A stretch of 64,000 bases of DNA, from NCBI RefSeq assembly GCF_009914755.1, contig NC_060940.1; one strand, written 5' to 3'. Position 1 is the first letter of the stretch; every line of letters begins with the position of its first letter. Shown one piece after another: positions 1-14,702 of this stretch. A model generated the notes under the pieces. That model did not search any database. It saw nothing but the letters and a program-made list of their open reading frames with translations, and was not told where the DNA came from. The stretch is from the human T2T-CHM13v2.0 reference genome, Homo sapiens. A program made the position numbers and the translations under genes.

Positions 1-838
1 TTTTTCACTAATTTAAATATTTTTTTCTGTGAAGTTTTCCCTACTATTCTTAGGGATCATTTGTTCCTCACTCTTTATGATGTTAGCTCTTTACACATTT
101 ATTGGTGGTATCAGTTATTATAACACATTGCCATTAATTTGTAGTGCTGTCCTCGACCTCTCCACATCTGCCCCCAAATTGCGATTTCTTTATCACTCTA
201 AACCTATTGTTATTCATCTTTTATGGCCCATTTTCCCAATCCCTTTGAAACTTAATAGGCATATTATAGATGTTAGCAATTTAAAGTTCCTTTGTGTGAC
301 ACCTTTATTGCTAAGTGTCTAAGATATATTATTGATAAAGATTGCATTAGATATTGTTTTGGGGAAATATTTAAATATTCATTGGACAACATATTCAGCA
401 GGATTAAAGTGATTCTGTAATTATGCAAATGACTAAAGAAATGTGTTTTTGACCTTACATTTTTAAAATTGTTGACGACATGTTTAAACATTACCATACT
501 TGCCCAGCCTTTTTCTCATCAGTGAAATGCTGCATCCTATGTGAATTTAATGAGGGTTAACTGAAAGAGAAATAGAAGTTATTTACCCTCTGATTATAAA
601 ACGATATGGCTGTCTGTTTATAACCTCATGTAAAATGAACCCTTTCATTAATAGTGAACGTTAGTCATTATGTATGGATTTTTATTTATTTCTGCTTGTC
701 TTTATTAGGTATACCTAGTCCATTATTTTCAGCCTGGGACAGAAACACTCATTTCTGGAATGCATCCAGTTTCTTCAATCTGGCACGGGCTTGCTCACCT
801 GTGTGTACCAGTACATGCATTTTCTCAGCCTTGGTTAT

Positions 839-1238
839 TGTATTAGTCCATTCTCACACAGCTATAAAGAACTGCCTGAGACTGGGTAATTTAATAAAGA
901 AAAGAGGTGTAATTGACTCATAGTTCCGCATGGCTGGGGAGTCCTCAGAAAACTTACAACCGTGGCAGAAGGCACATCTTCACAGGGGAAGAAAACTTGG
1001 ACCTTCTTACGTGGCGACAGGAAAGAGAAGAGTCCGGAGCGAGGGTGAAAGAGCCCCTTATAAAACCATCAGATCTCATGAGAACTCACTTACTATCATC
1101 AGAACAGCATGAGGGAAACCGCACCCATGATCCAATTACCTCCACCTGGTCTGACTTTGACACCTGGGGATTATGAAGATTATAGGGATTATAAGTGAAT
1201 AGGAGAACGGCATGGGGACACAGAGCATAATTGTATCA
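839..1238 (-). mobile_element. MaLR solo LTR (MST/THE1 family)
   Basis: TGTATTAGTCCATTCTCAC...GGGGACACAG...TATCA matches the reverse complement of the MST/THE1 LTR; perfect 5-bp TSD GTTAT at 834-838 and 1239-1243. Confidence 0.9.
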
Positions 1239-2554
1239 GTTATTTTCTCCACACTTCTTCATTGCACCTTTCCTTCTCTGTCAAGGCAACATCACCGTAA
1301 CCCTTCTCTTACATATCTTCTCTGACTGTCCCTATTATTAAATAAACACCCTCATCTATGCTCCAATAATACACTATTTACTACTTCTTTTGACGCATTT
1401 ATTAATCCTTCCATTCAATAATTGTTCACTGAACACCTCCTTTATATTTGGAACTGAGGGTATAATTGAAAGTAGTAATACCCGTGATGTTTTTCCTCCT
1501 AGAGTTAGGTCTGGTTTAAGAATTGCTCCTGCATCAGACATTTCAGACATATTAAATGCATATGTGTTTGTCGCCCTATTAGATTCTGAACTCTCATCTG
1601 GGACAGGAGCTGCATATCTGAGCATTTAGGGCTGGGGAAAGTGGTACTCAGTGAAGTTTTGACTGAATGGTTACCCAAAGAACTTTGCATTTGTTTAGTC
1701 TAATTCTCAATCAACTGACCAGTAAATCATTAGTAAACTATTCAATTATCTTGGTAGAGTTGGAAATATATTTTAAGTATTCTTGCAATGCAGTGTTCTG
1801 CATAAAATTAGAGCTCACTAAATCTTCTTTGATTAGTTGAAGGCCACTATGGATTCACCCCTATGCCATAATACATATGAATGAGTCTAATAATAAGATA
1901 AAGCGGTTATGTGTCACTGTTTCTGTTTACTGGGCATATTCGATTGAGTATGTAATCACACCTTAGCTCTAATGACATCAGGTCTGTGAATGTAAGGTTC
2001 TCTGTTCAGTGTCAAGGCATGGTCATTAACACGGACAATATAGATCAGCGAGCATCATATATAACTGCAGCTTCCAATATCTTGGTTCATGTTTTTAACA
2101 CACATTCCCATAATTTCTCTCTTGCCCCAGTAATTAATAATAAGATTATCAAAAGCCATTCATTCAATGTTTGAAAGATGTAAAAGATGCCTCCCAATAC
2201 ATACTTAATGGGCAAAGGTGATGCTATGTTTGTTTTGATGGGGATGTTTATCTGCCAGTTATAATGAGAGCTCAGCAAACACATGATTGGCCTGTTACCA
2301 GCACATGAGATAAAAACATTCTGGAGGAAAAGAAGTCCTTATGCCTCACTGGTTCTGTCTCTATCAAGTAGACACCAAAATGCTTGACATTAGAGAGAAG
2401 AGGCATACATAAGGAACTACAAGAAGATATGACAACATTTTTTTGTTGGACTGAAAATTTTAAAGCTGATACAATATAAGCTCATGTATTTTGCAATCAA
2501 CTAAGGAGTTACAATCATCTCTCACTTAATATTTTTACTATATCTTCGTAATAT

Positions 2555-2670
2555 AATAACACTTTAGAATAACTTATATCTATTATTCTATATATCTATA
2601 TTCTATATTCTATAATAAACATCTATTATATATAATTTATATCTATTACAATAATAATTTATATCTATTA
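2555..2670. repeat. AT-rich low-complexity repeat (ATATCTATTA-like units)
   Basis: Degenerate repeated TATATCTATTA motifs. Confidence 0.6.
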
Positions 2671-2964
2671 CTGCAGTTTCCATTTAACCTAAAAGTAAGC
2701 AATACTTGTGTGACCCAAAATAAGTAAAGAAAAAAGGATGCATTTTTTCACCATTTTATATATGGAGAAAGCTAACTTTACACAAGGTTAATAGACTAAC
2801 ACAGGGTGGTTAATATTACTGTGGTAGACAAAAGTTTGGCAGACCCAACTTTCATTTTCTAAATATGTTATCTTGTGTCTACTTTCACTTAAAATGATGG
2901 AGAAATTTTATACACATAGCCCCACCCTGTCTGCAGCAGAGGTGACTGGTGACATATTTTACTA

Positions 2965-3215
2965 GTATTATGGTTACCAGTATGGATTTTGAAGGCAAAT
3001 GCTTGAGTTTAAATCCTGTCTCTTCTATCCACCAGCTATGTGATTTGGGGCACAGAATGACTTCACTGTATCTCAGTTCTTTCTCCTGTTGAATACGAAT
3101 AATCTGAATAGCTACCTCTTAGATATGTAAACGAGTTATTATATGTGAAGTACTTAGAAAAATACCTGGCACGTAATACATGCTATAAAGGGAAAAGCCA
3201 GTATCATTACTTTTG
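2965..3215 (+). mobile_element. MIR SINE remnant
   Basis: GAGTTTAAATCCTG...CTATGTGATTTGGG...CTCAGTT...AAGTACTTAGAAAAATACCTGGCACGTAA resembles the MIR core and 3' end. Confidence 0.7.
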
Positions 3216-4102
3216 TTGTTGTTGTGAATGTTGGCAAAGAAGATGGAATTGGAAGTCAACTTTAATATTAAGAAAGCTTTTACTTTGCTAATAAAATCAA
3301 AAGTTGTGGTTGGTACTACACCACCTTTCGAATAGCTACAGTGAATCTGGAATGGACGCCTGCAGCTGGAACACACAGGACGGACTTCTTATAAAAATGT
3401 AAACACTGGAGTGAAGTTCAAGAGAGTTGAAAAGAAGAAGCATTTGACATCAAGTTCTTACTGAACCCAAACCCATTATGTGTTTGAGACACTGTAATCG
3501 ACTTATATGTTAGCTAAAATTGAAAGAATTCTTTACTGACATGCAGGTGAAGGGGTCCGAGAGACAAGATTTATTACCACCACAATTATCAAAATGTGTT
3601 CTAGTTACCATTGCTCAAGGGATGGACCAACTGGGAGTTGTGGAGACTCAATTCCCATTTTCCAAACACCTTATCCTGTGTGTATCTCCACTTAAAAGGG
3701 TGGAGAAATTTCATACATATACCCCCACCCTGTATGCAGGAGAGGTGATTGGTGACACATTTTTCTAGTGTCACTAAAAAGTTTCAAATATAGCTTCTGG
3801 GAATCTTATAAATCTTTTGGTGTCTTTTCTCAATCTTTTCTCAAATTTTAAATGTATGCATGTCATTGTTTTTCTATTTTTAAAAAAGGAGTTTGTTCCA
3901 CAGATAACATTTATGTATTATCATATATTTTGACTATGACATTATGGTAATTGTCCAGTTCTTACATGTTAAGAGATCAACTTCATTTCTGAACCACTGA
4001 TGATATCGCCAAGTTTAGAGACAAGTTTTTTTTTCGTATAGACTCTTTTATATTACCTGTGACATTTTAGTTTTGCTGTTGAAATGTATAAACTTGATAC
4101 TC

Positions 4103-4940
<838 letters not shown>

Positions 4941-6809
4941 TCAAAAGGAAAAAATAATATGACAAATGTAAATTACCCTTGGCAAAAGCTGGCGCATATT
5001 TAGTGTCTTATAAATCTGTGTCTCCTTCTTTTTAAAAAAAACATAAAACAGAACAAAACAAAACCCTGAAATCAAGTTTAGTAAAGGTACAAAACTGCTT
5101 TTCCCAAATTTTAAATGAATGCATGTCATTGTTTTTCTATTTTAAAAAATTGTTGATTCTTTTAAAAAGATACCTTAACACTCATGTATTATATAAAATA
5201 TATAACCAAACTCTGAGGACAATTTATTTTCATTCATGTATATTGAATGTTAGGGGCCTACTCAGGCAAAACATAGTTGTAGTTTAATGTAACAGTGATG
5301 AATTACTGGAGTGAACTCATGCAAACAGGGAAATTGAAATTAAATTCATCACACCAAGGAAAACACTTCCTACCCATGTAAATTAGCAGCTTTTCCACTA
5401 AAATCAATTTGTTTTGGTAAATTATGCAAAAATGCTCAAAGGGCTTAGGTAAGTAATTTATTATACTTTTGGCTGTTTTATAATGTTTGGAAATAAAATG
5501 TATTCACACAGTATTAGATGGTATAAACTGAGAACTTTAGTGACAATTTTTGTTTATTACAATTAATTTAACTTTACTGAAGTGTCAGAACACCCACATT
5601 ATGTGGGACATACAATATTTTTTTTGTGCTTGTACTTGCTTAGAAGTTGGTGCATTAAAAACCAAAACAAAACTTTTAAAAATGTAACTGTGTATGTTTA
5701 AAGTACTGATTAGTTCCTATAACATATTATGGCAAAAGTCAGTAATTTCAATGAAAAATGCCTTCAATGTTGTAGTTATAAGATAAGAAATTACCTTCTT
5801 AAGCCAGCATGAGAATACAGTTTTTCACAGGACTTTTGTACAATTAGTGGTGCAATTGAACAAGAATGTCTTTGTTTAGCAGGAATTATATGTTAGGATA
5901 TCACCAAATCTAATGTGCACCTTTAAATCATATGGGATTTTCAATTACTCTTTTTAGCAGTGGAGTAAAGGGGTTATATTTAATAATTTATCTCTCTCTT
6001 ACCCTATGTCCAGTTGTTTAAGTCATCTGCATCATTCTGCTTCACATATCTTTGTGACCCTTTATCCCACTATATGAAATCAGTTTTAGGAACATCATTT
6101 ATTATCCAAACTACGGAAATAGTCATCTAATGGTCTCATACATCTCAACTTAATTACCGCAAATCATTTCCCACCTGGTGGGCAAAAATGATCTTAGCAC
6201 ACATGAAGTTGGAATGTCACTGCCTGAAATCATTTACTGGTTTCCTCTGCCCACACTATGTATACTAACCTTATAGGCTAACACACAAGACCTTCTGCAT
6301 CTTCACATTAAGCTACTCATATAGTCTTTATCCTTCCTCTTGGCCCTTCCTTCCTGATACATCAAAGCCCTTGTCTATTGCAGAACATACCATCAATTTC
6401 CCAAAATATATCATTATTACTACCCTGCTTATGATAACATGCACTTCCCTTTATAAGGTGCCTCTCTTTTAAGATTAATAAAATGTAGATGACTTTACCC
6501 TTTTTAATCTTAATATGTTTTAGAGCACTTACAGTTATATCACTTGTTTGTTTTCTCTTCTTGCTCACTAGTTTGTAATCTCTATTAAGTCTAACACCAT
6601 ACTTCTTTGGTTCACCAGTAATTATATGTGTGTGTGTGCATTTGTGGCTATATGTGTGCACACAGATACGCATTTTAAATAGCATAAACTCTTTTCTACT
6701 AGCTGGTATTTTTTCTTTATCTTGCTTCAAATCCACCTTGCTTTCTCTTTGATCACCAAGGTTTTCACATTTCATGTATCTGATTACTTTCTGTATTTCT
6801 CACATTATT

Positions 6810-6892
6810 TGCTATCTATCTTAGCTAGCTAGCTAGTAGGTACAGATGCATATAGATAGAAAGATGGATAGATAGATAATCGATAGATATCA
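6810..6892. repeat. (TAGC)n/(GATA)n degenerate microsatellite
   Basis: TAGCTAGCTAGCTAG and GATAGATAGAT runs. Confidence 0.7.
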
Positions 6893-8744
6893 CATAATTA
6901 TGATGACAAATAAAAAATAATCATTATCTTGAAATTTACCACTGGAACCATCTTAGCTTATTTATATGTTAGGATCATTAGACCCACGTTATCTCGTAAT
7001 TTGGAAAATAGATGGGGATAATCTATTTCTTTGTATATTTGAGAAAGCAAATGATTTTTAAAATAAATGACCACTTGGGAATGACTCCATGGTTTCTAAT
7101 TACATTAGCATCCATTCTCCCAATGATTCTTAGGAAGATATGGGGATTCAGTGAAGCAAAATGTCCTTCTTCTCTACCCTACCCCTGAATATCGGGGAAG
7201 TGATCATAAGTGAAGATGACTTACAGGCTCAAGCCCATGACTCCAAGCATCACATCCTCTGTTTTTTCCACTCCATTAGGAAACCACAATCTAAATGTGA
7301 ATCTGACTTTATTAAACATATGTATTTTTTAACAAGTCAATGAAATTTTGGCACATAAAGTTGAATCATGCTTCAATAAGGGACTCTTTCATTTCAAGAA
7401 ATGAGTTGGTACTTTAAGTAATACAAATATTTCTTTTTTGATAATTAGAAAAATTAAAACATATATTAATGTTGTTTTTGGGGTATACAAGATTTTATAT
7501 ATACAGCTTACATAACAAGTCTAAAATATTAACATGAGAAGACTTCAAATTCAAAGAACCACGATTCAAAATCAAGCACTCAGGAATTTTTGCTGTTGTG
7601 TTTTTGTTGCTGTTGATATTTATTTATTTTTGCTTTTGGTTGAATGTACTGGGTAGTTAAAAATTTTGTTGTTCACTATATCATTTTTAATATAGTTATT
7701 TTTAGAAATGTTTACAGTCTAAACATGTTTTCCTTTCAGAATCACTACATCCAACACATTAATCATAATAAATTATGTCCTCAACAAAATTAATATATAT
7801 GTATAAAATGTGATTGGCTCACATAAAAGTACAATTTAAACATTTAAGGAAAAAGAGCTTTAATTTTGAAGGTTTTTAGAATAATAATAATATCAAGTTT
7901 AAAGCTTTGTAAAGTTCATTGACAGTAAGTAATGTGTCTAAAGTGTGTAAATTTTTTAACTCTTACTTTAATAGTCAAGTTGTTGCTCTATTTAAGTAGC
8001 ATGGGAAGTTTTCTAAAGCCTAAATCTACGGCTTTGCTCCACACTTCTGGCTTTCTCAGCTTCTCTCATTAATCTTGCAGTAAATGATGCTAATGCAGGA
8101 GTTGCAGGGTGTAACAGAGTCTGCTTATTCTCTGTTTGTGGTCCCCAGTGGGTGTGAGGTTGTAGCAATTAAGGCAGTGTGTGTGCTGTTTTGAGGCACC
8201 ACAAAGATAGATTAATTAGGTTGCAAATGGTCCCAGTGACATTGCCAAAGGAGCCTTTGATGGGCCTGGTCCAAGGTGATTTAGTCTGATGATATTGATG
8301 GATAGACAATCTTAAAAGGGAAATGACTATGAGAAGTAAAGGGGGAGCATCTGGTGTCTGTAACAATGAACACACCAGGGCTACAGTTGCCTGAGATGAA
8401 AATCCTTCTCGTTAATGAAATAAGTCTTAAGGAGAACATCAAAATACTGATAATCAATTTTGTAATATTTTTGATCTTGCAAGCTAATTTAAAAGGATAA
8501 CTTAAACAGTTAATATTAGTTGATAACTAATAACTATTGTGACTAAATTATCTAAAATCTGTAAGCTCATATATACAACTGAATATTGTTCCATTTGAAA
8601 TAGTCCCTTGAAAGCCTAGACTCTTATTTCACAGACACGGATATCGTTAAAACTTGATCAGAAACCAGTTTTGTTATCCTTATCTCAATGTAAATGTCAC
8701 GGTATAGAAAGGCTGAGGTAGTAATTTAATTTAATTTAAAGTAA

Positions 8745-9212
8745 TTTTTTTTCAGAGTCCACGAGGCATTTTATTTGTAAACATGTATTACATCTCTAGA
8801 AAGATAATCCCAGGACTTTTCCTCCTGTGTGTTTTCATCTTACTTCTTCATGGTCCATGATGACCCTTGAGGTTTGTACAATGAAACCAAACTAGCGGAC
8901 TGGGATCGCATTAGTCTGTCATTTTTCTAGACCTTTGAGTTTTACATCAACTCTGGGGCTAATCATCCCACACTTGTTTAGCCTGCCCGTGAGGGTCACG
9001 ACAATTTTCCCAGCTCTGTGACCATCAATGATTTCAGATTTGCCAGTGTAGCCATGCTTCATCATCAGAGTTAGAAACCGAATGATGACTTTGGAGCACA
9101 GCCTAATGAGAAACTGGCATTTTCCTCTCTTTTCAGCATCGTTGATGCCCTTGAGAGCATCAGTCAGGATATTCATGTGCGCCATTGTGGCGCAGAAAGA
9201 TGGCAGGAAGGG
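8745..9212 (-). pseudogene. RPS15A: Processed pseudogene of 40S ribosomal protein S15a (uS8)
   Basis: ORF 9185->8919 ([22 protein letters not shown]...[15 protein letters not shown]) aligns to RPS15A. It is intronless, with premature TGA (8919-8921) and a second TAG; the native stop is at 8796-8798. AATAAA and a short poly(A) follow; there is a 5' pyrimidine (TOP) leader and an imperfect TSD TTAAA(GG)GTAATTTTT. Confidence 0.95.
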
Positions 9213-9649
9213 TTAAAGGGTAATTTTTAAATGAGAAATTAGTTGGCTTTGGAACAGACAGAGTAGATGCTTCCTCACTCAAACCTAGAGGGATAGCCTG
9301 GAGTGGGGGAACACAACTATACGGTTTCTAATTTATGCTCCCAAATTCTAGAGTTACAAGGCAAGTCCATAGCAAGAGCATAACAAACTACACTGTAGGA
9401 AGTAATCTTTTGCCCACTGACCATCTACATCATATTTCCAGTTTTAATGCTAGAAAGAAGAGGCTGGGGAAAATGTTACAGAGATCAATCATTGTTGAGA
9501 GAGGCTATGAGGGCCTGAAAAGGGGAATTCTGTTTCATATGGGCCTCTAAGAACCAGAGACCAAGAATCAGAAGCCTCCCAAGAGTGTATTCTCATCTGA
9601 TACATTGATAGGAAAGTGAGATAGTCATAGTGATGTTTTAAAACACACT

Positions 9650-12600
9650 TCAAAAATCACTCCATGAAAAAATGTAGTCAATGTTAAATTTGTCTCCAGG
9701 AAGATTTCGGTGACAAAAACCACAGCAGTGTCAATCAAGTTAGATCTTTATTTTTTGCCCTCTTAACTACCATGCATGACCTCCCTACTCCCAATACACA
9801 AATACATACTCAGAACCTGGTGAAATTAAAACAAATGTGCAGCTAAAAACTTAGAAGATGGCAATGGGGAAAGAATGCAAAGGAAGTAGATAATGTAAAC
9901 CCAACCCCAGGTCACAATGCAGACTTTCTACCCATTGTGAGCCAGAGTTGGGAGAGTAGAGAAGATACCACTACAAATTAAGACCAGAGTGCTGGTTGTT
10001 ACACTTGTGTCAACATTTTAATTGTTAAACTATTGCTGTGGAGGCTTGGAAATGACAAGCTAACTTATTAACTGAGATTGAACAGAGAAGAGCAAGACTT
10101 ATGTGAGACTTCAAACAGGAACAGGGGACAAACTAGCTCCAATAAAAGCATTTACAAGCACAGTAAAAGGAAAAAAATCATTGGCCTACCTGCACGAAAA
10201 GAAATATGGAAGGGAAATCTCTGGTTTGAAAGAGTATGATATCAAAATGAAATTATGATCTACTGAAAGGAAAGATCACAAAAATGACAAACATGTAGAT
10301 AATATAAAATTATATTTTTGTATCTTTTCTTAACTTCTTTAATTTTTTAGCAGTTTAGAACAAAGCTAACATATACAGAATATTAGACTACATAAAATAA
10401 TAGTAGTACAATTCTAAGGGTACCCAATTATACTAAAAAAATTATATCCATATAAGTAGGTTGGAATAAATACATACATGTGTGAATAAATGCAGTAGTA
10501 GTAACAATTGTTGCTCTTCTGAAGAATTCAATATATAGCCTTATTTAATCCAATCACTCTAAATTGGAATGTGTAGTTCTATATATAAGTGTGTACATAA
10601 ATAATTAGTATAATTATATTATGTTATATATTCATAGGCTTGTAATATTTATATTTGTATACTATATGCAATATATAAAATATAAATGCATTTTATCTGC
10701 ATATATTAATGTATGGTTTGTATGTTTCTATGTATGTGTTTATGCATGTGTATATAACCAATAGAGGAAATATAATGTGATACTAATAAATAAATTAGAA
10801 ATCAATAAATTATTAGAGTTATAAATACCATAAATAAATATTAAAAATATATTCTAAAGTAAATAAAAATAAAAATGCAACATATTAAATAACATGATCC
10901 AGGTAAAGCAGTCCTTAGTGGAAAATTTATAGCTATATATTTATACATGAAAGATAAAAGTTCAAAATAATAACCTAAGCTTTTACATTTGGAAACTATC
11001 AAAAGATAATATGCACATTCCAAAATAAGAATAAGAAAGATAATCATTTGGATAAAGAAAAATTTAATGTAACAGGAAAAAAACACAATAGAGAAAAATC
11101 AACAAAGCTGCAATTTGATTATTTGAAAAGGTCAAATGAAGTGATAAATATATATTTAGAATAATCAACAAACAATAAAAGAGAAATGAATTATCTATAT
11201 AAAAACAATACAGGGGATATCACTACATGTGCTATGTAGAACAAAAGAATAAAAAGAAAATGTTACGTAAAAATATGTACTACATTTGATAAGGTACATT
11301 AAATGTATGTATTGCTTGAAAATCCAACTTAACAAAAGGAATATAAGATGGAATGGATGATAACAGTATTAAATAACTTAAATTTTTATTACAAACTTCA
11401 CAAAGAAAGTTTCTGCCCAAGATTGAATTTATTTGGGACTTATGTCAAATATTTATGGAAGAAATAATATTTAATTTACCCAAATACTTTTGTAATGAAG
11501 AAAAGGAGAGTATAATTTCTTGCCCGTATTTTTCATAACACACTGCTAAATTCTAACAAACATTCAGGGGAGAAAAAGACAGAATAAAGGAGAAAAGTCA
11601 ACAGATAGAAAAAGCATTTGAAAAAATTCAACACCAATTTATGACAAAATTTTCAGCAAACTAGATATAGAATGAAACTTTCTCAGAACATATAAAGGCA
11701 ATTATGATTGCACCCAACATCATAATTTAGTTAATTTTGATCACTTTCTTTCTATTACCAGAAGAAAGACAAGGGTATTTTTCTTCATTTCTATTCAACA
11801 TTGTAATAAAGTTTATAGCCATTTCAATAATGCAAGAGAAAGAAGAAGGCCTTCATAAAAAGAAGTAAAACATTATTTATTTGCCAAGTATCTAGTAATT
11901 TACACTGAAAATCTAGTAATCTAAAAATCTAACAAAAACACAAAGCTATGAATAGGAAATGAATTTAGCAAAATTCTAGGATGCAATACCAATATAGAAA
12001 AGCATGAAATATATATGTAAATATATGTGTGTATAAATATATGTATGTATTTATAGGTATTCAACAACACAGGGAAATAACATTAAACTTAAAATATATT
12101 CATAATAGCATCAAATCAAAACACTCAACAATAGGTTTTATTTAAAATATGCAAAGAAAGCATAGGTTTTTAATAAATAATTAAATAAATTAACATTTTT
12201 TACAGAAAGAAATTGCAGAAGACCTACATAAATTGAGTTACAAACCATGTATGTATTTTAAAAGTCTCAATATTATTAAAATGCCAATCCTCCCCAAATT
12301 TAAATGATATATTGAACACCATTCCAATTAAGTTTCCAGAAGTTTGTTTTGTGAAAATTGACAACTCAATTCTAAGACTTGTATGGAAATTCAAAGAATC
12401 CAGATTAGCCAAAATAATTTTGTAAAAAGTAATCAAATTAAAAGGCCTTGAATTATCTTATCTCATGGCTAAAATAAGCTACTGTAATCAAAACAATGTG
12501 GTATTGATGCATTGAAAGACAAATAATTTAGAGCTACAGAATGGTGTCCAGAAATATTTTAACACATACATGATCAATGAATAGTGAGTAAAGTTATAAA

Positions 12601-13110
12601 CAATTTTGAATGCTTGCTTATATCAAGCAACAGCTTATGTGAGATATCAATATCTAAATGTAACATTTTAGAACTCATAATATAATGTGTTTGCAACCTT
12701 GGGGTAAGGAATGCTTTCTTATGTTGAACACAGAAATCACTGTACATAAATATTTTATAAAATGAAAAACTTGACTTTAACAAAATTAGTAAGATTTGCT
12801 CTCAGAAAAAGCAAAACTTAGAAAACAGAAATGGAAGGACTTGACTTGAAAATATAAAACAGAATTGGATCTTGAATTATAAAGTACTTTTACAACTCAA
12901 TGATAGGTACCCAAACAGCCCAATTTAAAAATGATTAAGAGATACAACTTAAACACAGAGGAAAGGCTTAAAAATGAGTGTATGATAAAGCAAATATAGT
13001 ACAATTAGTAGAATATGGGTGTTGGGTATGCACATTCTCATTATATCAATGTTCTTTCAATTTTGTCATATATTAGAATTGTTTATAATAATAATAAATA
13101 AAAATATTGA
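9650..13110 (+). mobile_element. Old, fragmented L1M (L1MC/MD/ME-type) ORF2 and 3' remnants
   Basis: A-rich sense-strand L1 ORF2 relics (GGAAAATTTATAGCTA, AAAAAGCATTTGAAAAAATTCAACA, CTATTCAACATTGTA, GAAAATTGACAACTCAATTCTAA). Boundaries approximate. Confidence 0.75.
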
Positions 13111-13159
13111 GCTGTCCATTTACAATTGAAGTACTTCATTTTGGTAAATAGTGTTTCTA

Positions 13160-13455
13160 GAGAAAGGTTCTCCAATTTTACTGTACATAAATATGATTTG
13201 TGAGTTACAAACAACTGCAACAACAACAAACAATGCAACAAAACAGAAGGTATTGGCTCTACTTTGATTCTAATCTGATTGGTGTAATAGTCATTTATAT
13301 TTTTAGAACCTTCCCAGGTTATTAAAACGTACCTTCAGATTTTGGAACTACTGATGTAAGGCTTTGTACACAAATAATTCACCTGGACTTGTTGTAAATG
13401 CACTTTCTGATTTAGTAAGTCCAGGTTTTGAAATTGTACATTTTCAATAAGCTTC
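13160..13455. mobile_element. MER5-family hAT-Charlie MITE remnants; second copy interrupted by LTR13
   Basis: AAAGGTTCTCCAATTT...TTTTGGAACTACTG termini; the MER5-like AAGCTCCTAAGTGATG...GGCCACACTTT resumes at 14442. Confidence 0.55.
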
Positions 13456-14441
13456 TGTAAGGTCCAGCCCTACAGGGCCTGTGGGTTTTTCTCTTCGTGT
13501 GCGGAGACGGTAGATGGTAGAAATAAAGACACAAGACAAAGAGATAGAAGAGAAGATAGGTGGGCCCGGAGGACCACTACCACCAAGACACGGAGACCCA
13601 TAGTAGCCCCAAATGCCTGGCTGCAGGCAAGAGGGCAGGGTAAGGCGTGTGAGTCTTCTCCAATGATAGGTAAGGTCACGCAAGTCACGTGTGGACAGGG
13701 GGCCCTTCCCTATTTGGTAGCCCAGGCAGAGAGAGAGGGGACAGCTTACGTCATTATTTATTCTATGTATTTCTCCGAGAGATCAAAGACTTTAATACTT
13801 TCACTAATTCTGCTACTGCTTTCTAGAAGGTGGAGCCAGGTGTACAGGGCGGAACATGAAAGTGGACCAGGAGTGTGACCGCTGAAGCACAGCATCACAG
13901 GGAGACATTTAGGTCTCCGGATGGCTGCGGGCAGGCCTGACTGATGTCAGGCCTTCCACAAGAGGTGGTGGAGCAGAGTCTTCTCTAACTCCCCACGTGA
14001 AAGGGAGACTCCCTTTCCTGGTCTGCTAAGTAAGGGGTGCCTTCCCAGGCACTGGCGCTACTGCTAGACCAAGGTCGGCTAAGTAACTGGTGCCTTCCCA
14101 GTCACTGGCATTACCGCTGGACCAAGGAGCCCACCAGTGGCCCTGTCCGGACGTGACAGAGGGCTCACACTCTTGTCTTCTGGTCACTTCTCACCATGTC
14201 CCTTCAGCTCCTATCTCTGTATGGCCTGTTTTTTCCTAGGTTGTAATTGTAGAACAAAGATTATTATAATTTGGAATAAAGAGTAATGCTACAAACTAAT
14301 GATTAATAATATTCATATGTAATCATATCTATAATCTATTTATTGTATAACTATTCTTATTGTATATATTTTTTTTATTATACTGGAACAGCTAGTGCCT
14401 TCAGTCTCTTGCCTCGGCACCTGGGTGGCTTCCCGCCCACA
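13456..14441 (-). mobile_element. LTR13/LTR13A solo LTR (HERV-K HML-4 group)
   Basis: TG...CA ends; the reverse complement starts TGTGGGCGGGAAGCCACCCAGGTGCCGAGGCAAGAGAC as in LTR13; 6-bp TSD AGCTTC/AGCTCC. Confidence 0.88.
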
Positions 14442-14489
14442 AGCTCCTAAGTGATGTAGATATTGATGGACCAGGGCCACACTTTCTGT

Positions 14490-14697
14490 TCCCAGGTTCT
14501 GCCATCGTATCACATTAAGTGTGCATCAGAACGTCCAGGAGAGCTTTTTGAACGTGAAATTGCCAAACTGTATTCCCATCACCAACTACTTCTGATTGAA
14601 TAATTTTGGAGTATGACTCAAGGATGTTCACGTCTAGAAAGTTCTCAGGTGATGTTGGTCCTCTTGGAAAAAGAACCAACTTTGAGAATCATTACTC
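14490..14697. mobile_element. MER5A-like hAT MITE
   Basis: GCATCAGAA...GTTCTCAGGTGATGTTG...ACTTTGAGAATCATT. Confidence 0.6.
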
Positions 14698-14702
14698 TAA
14701 AG

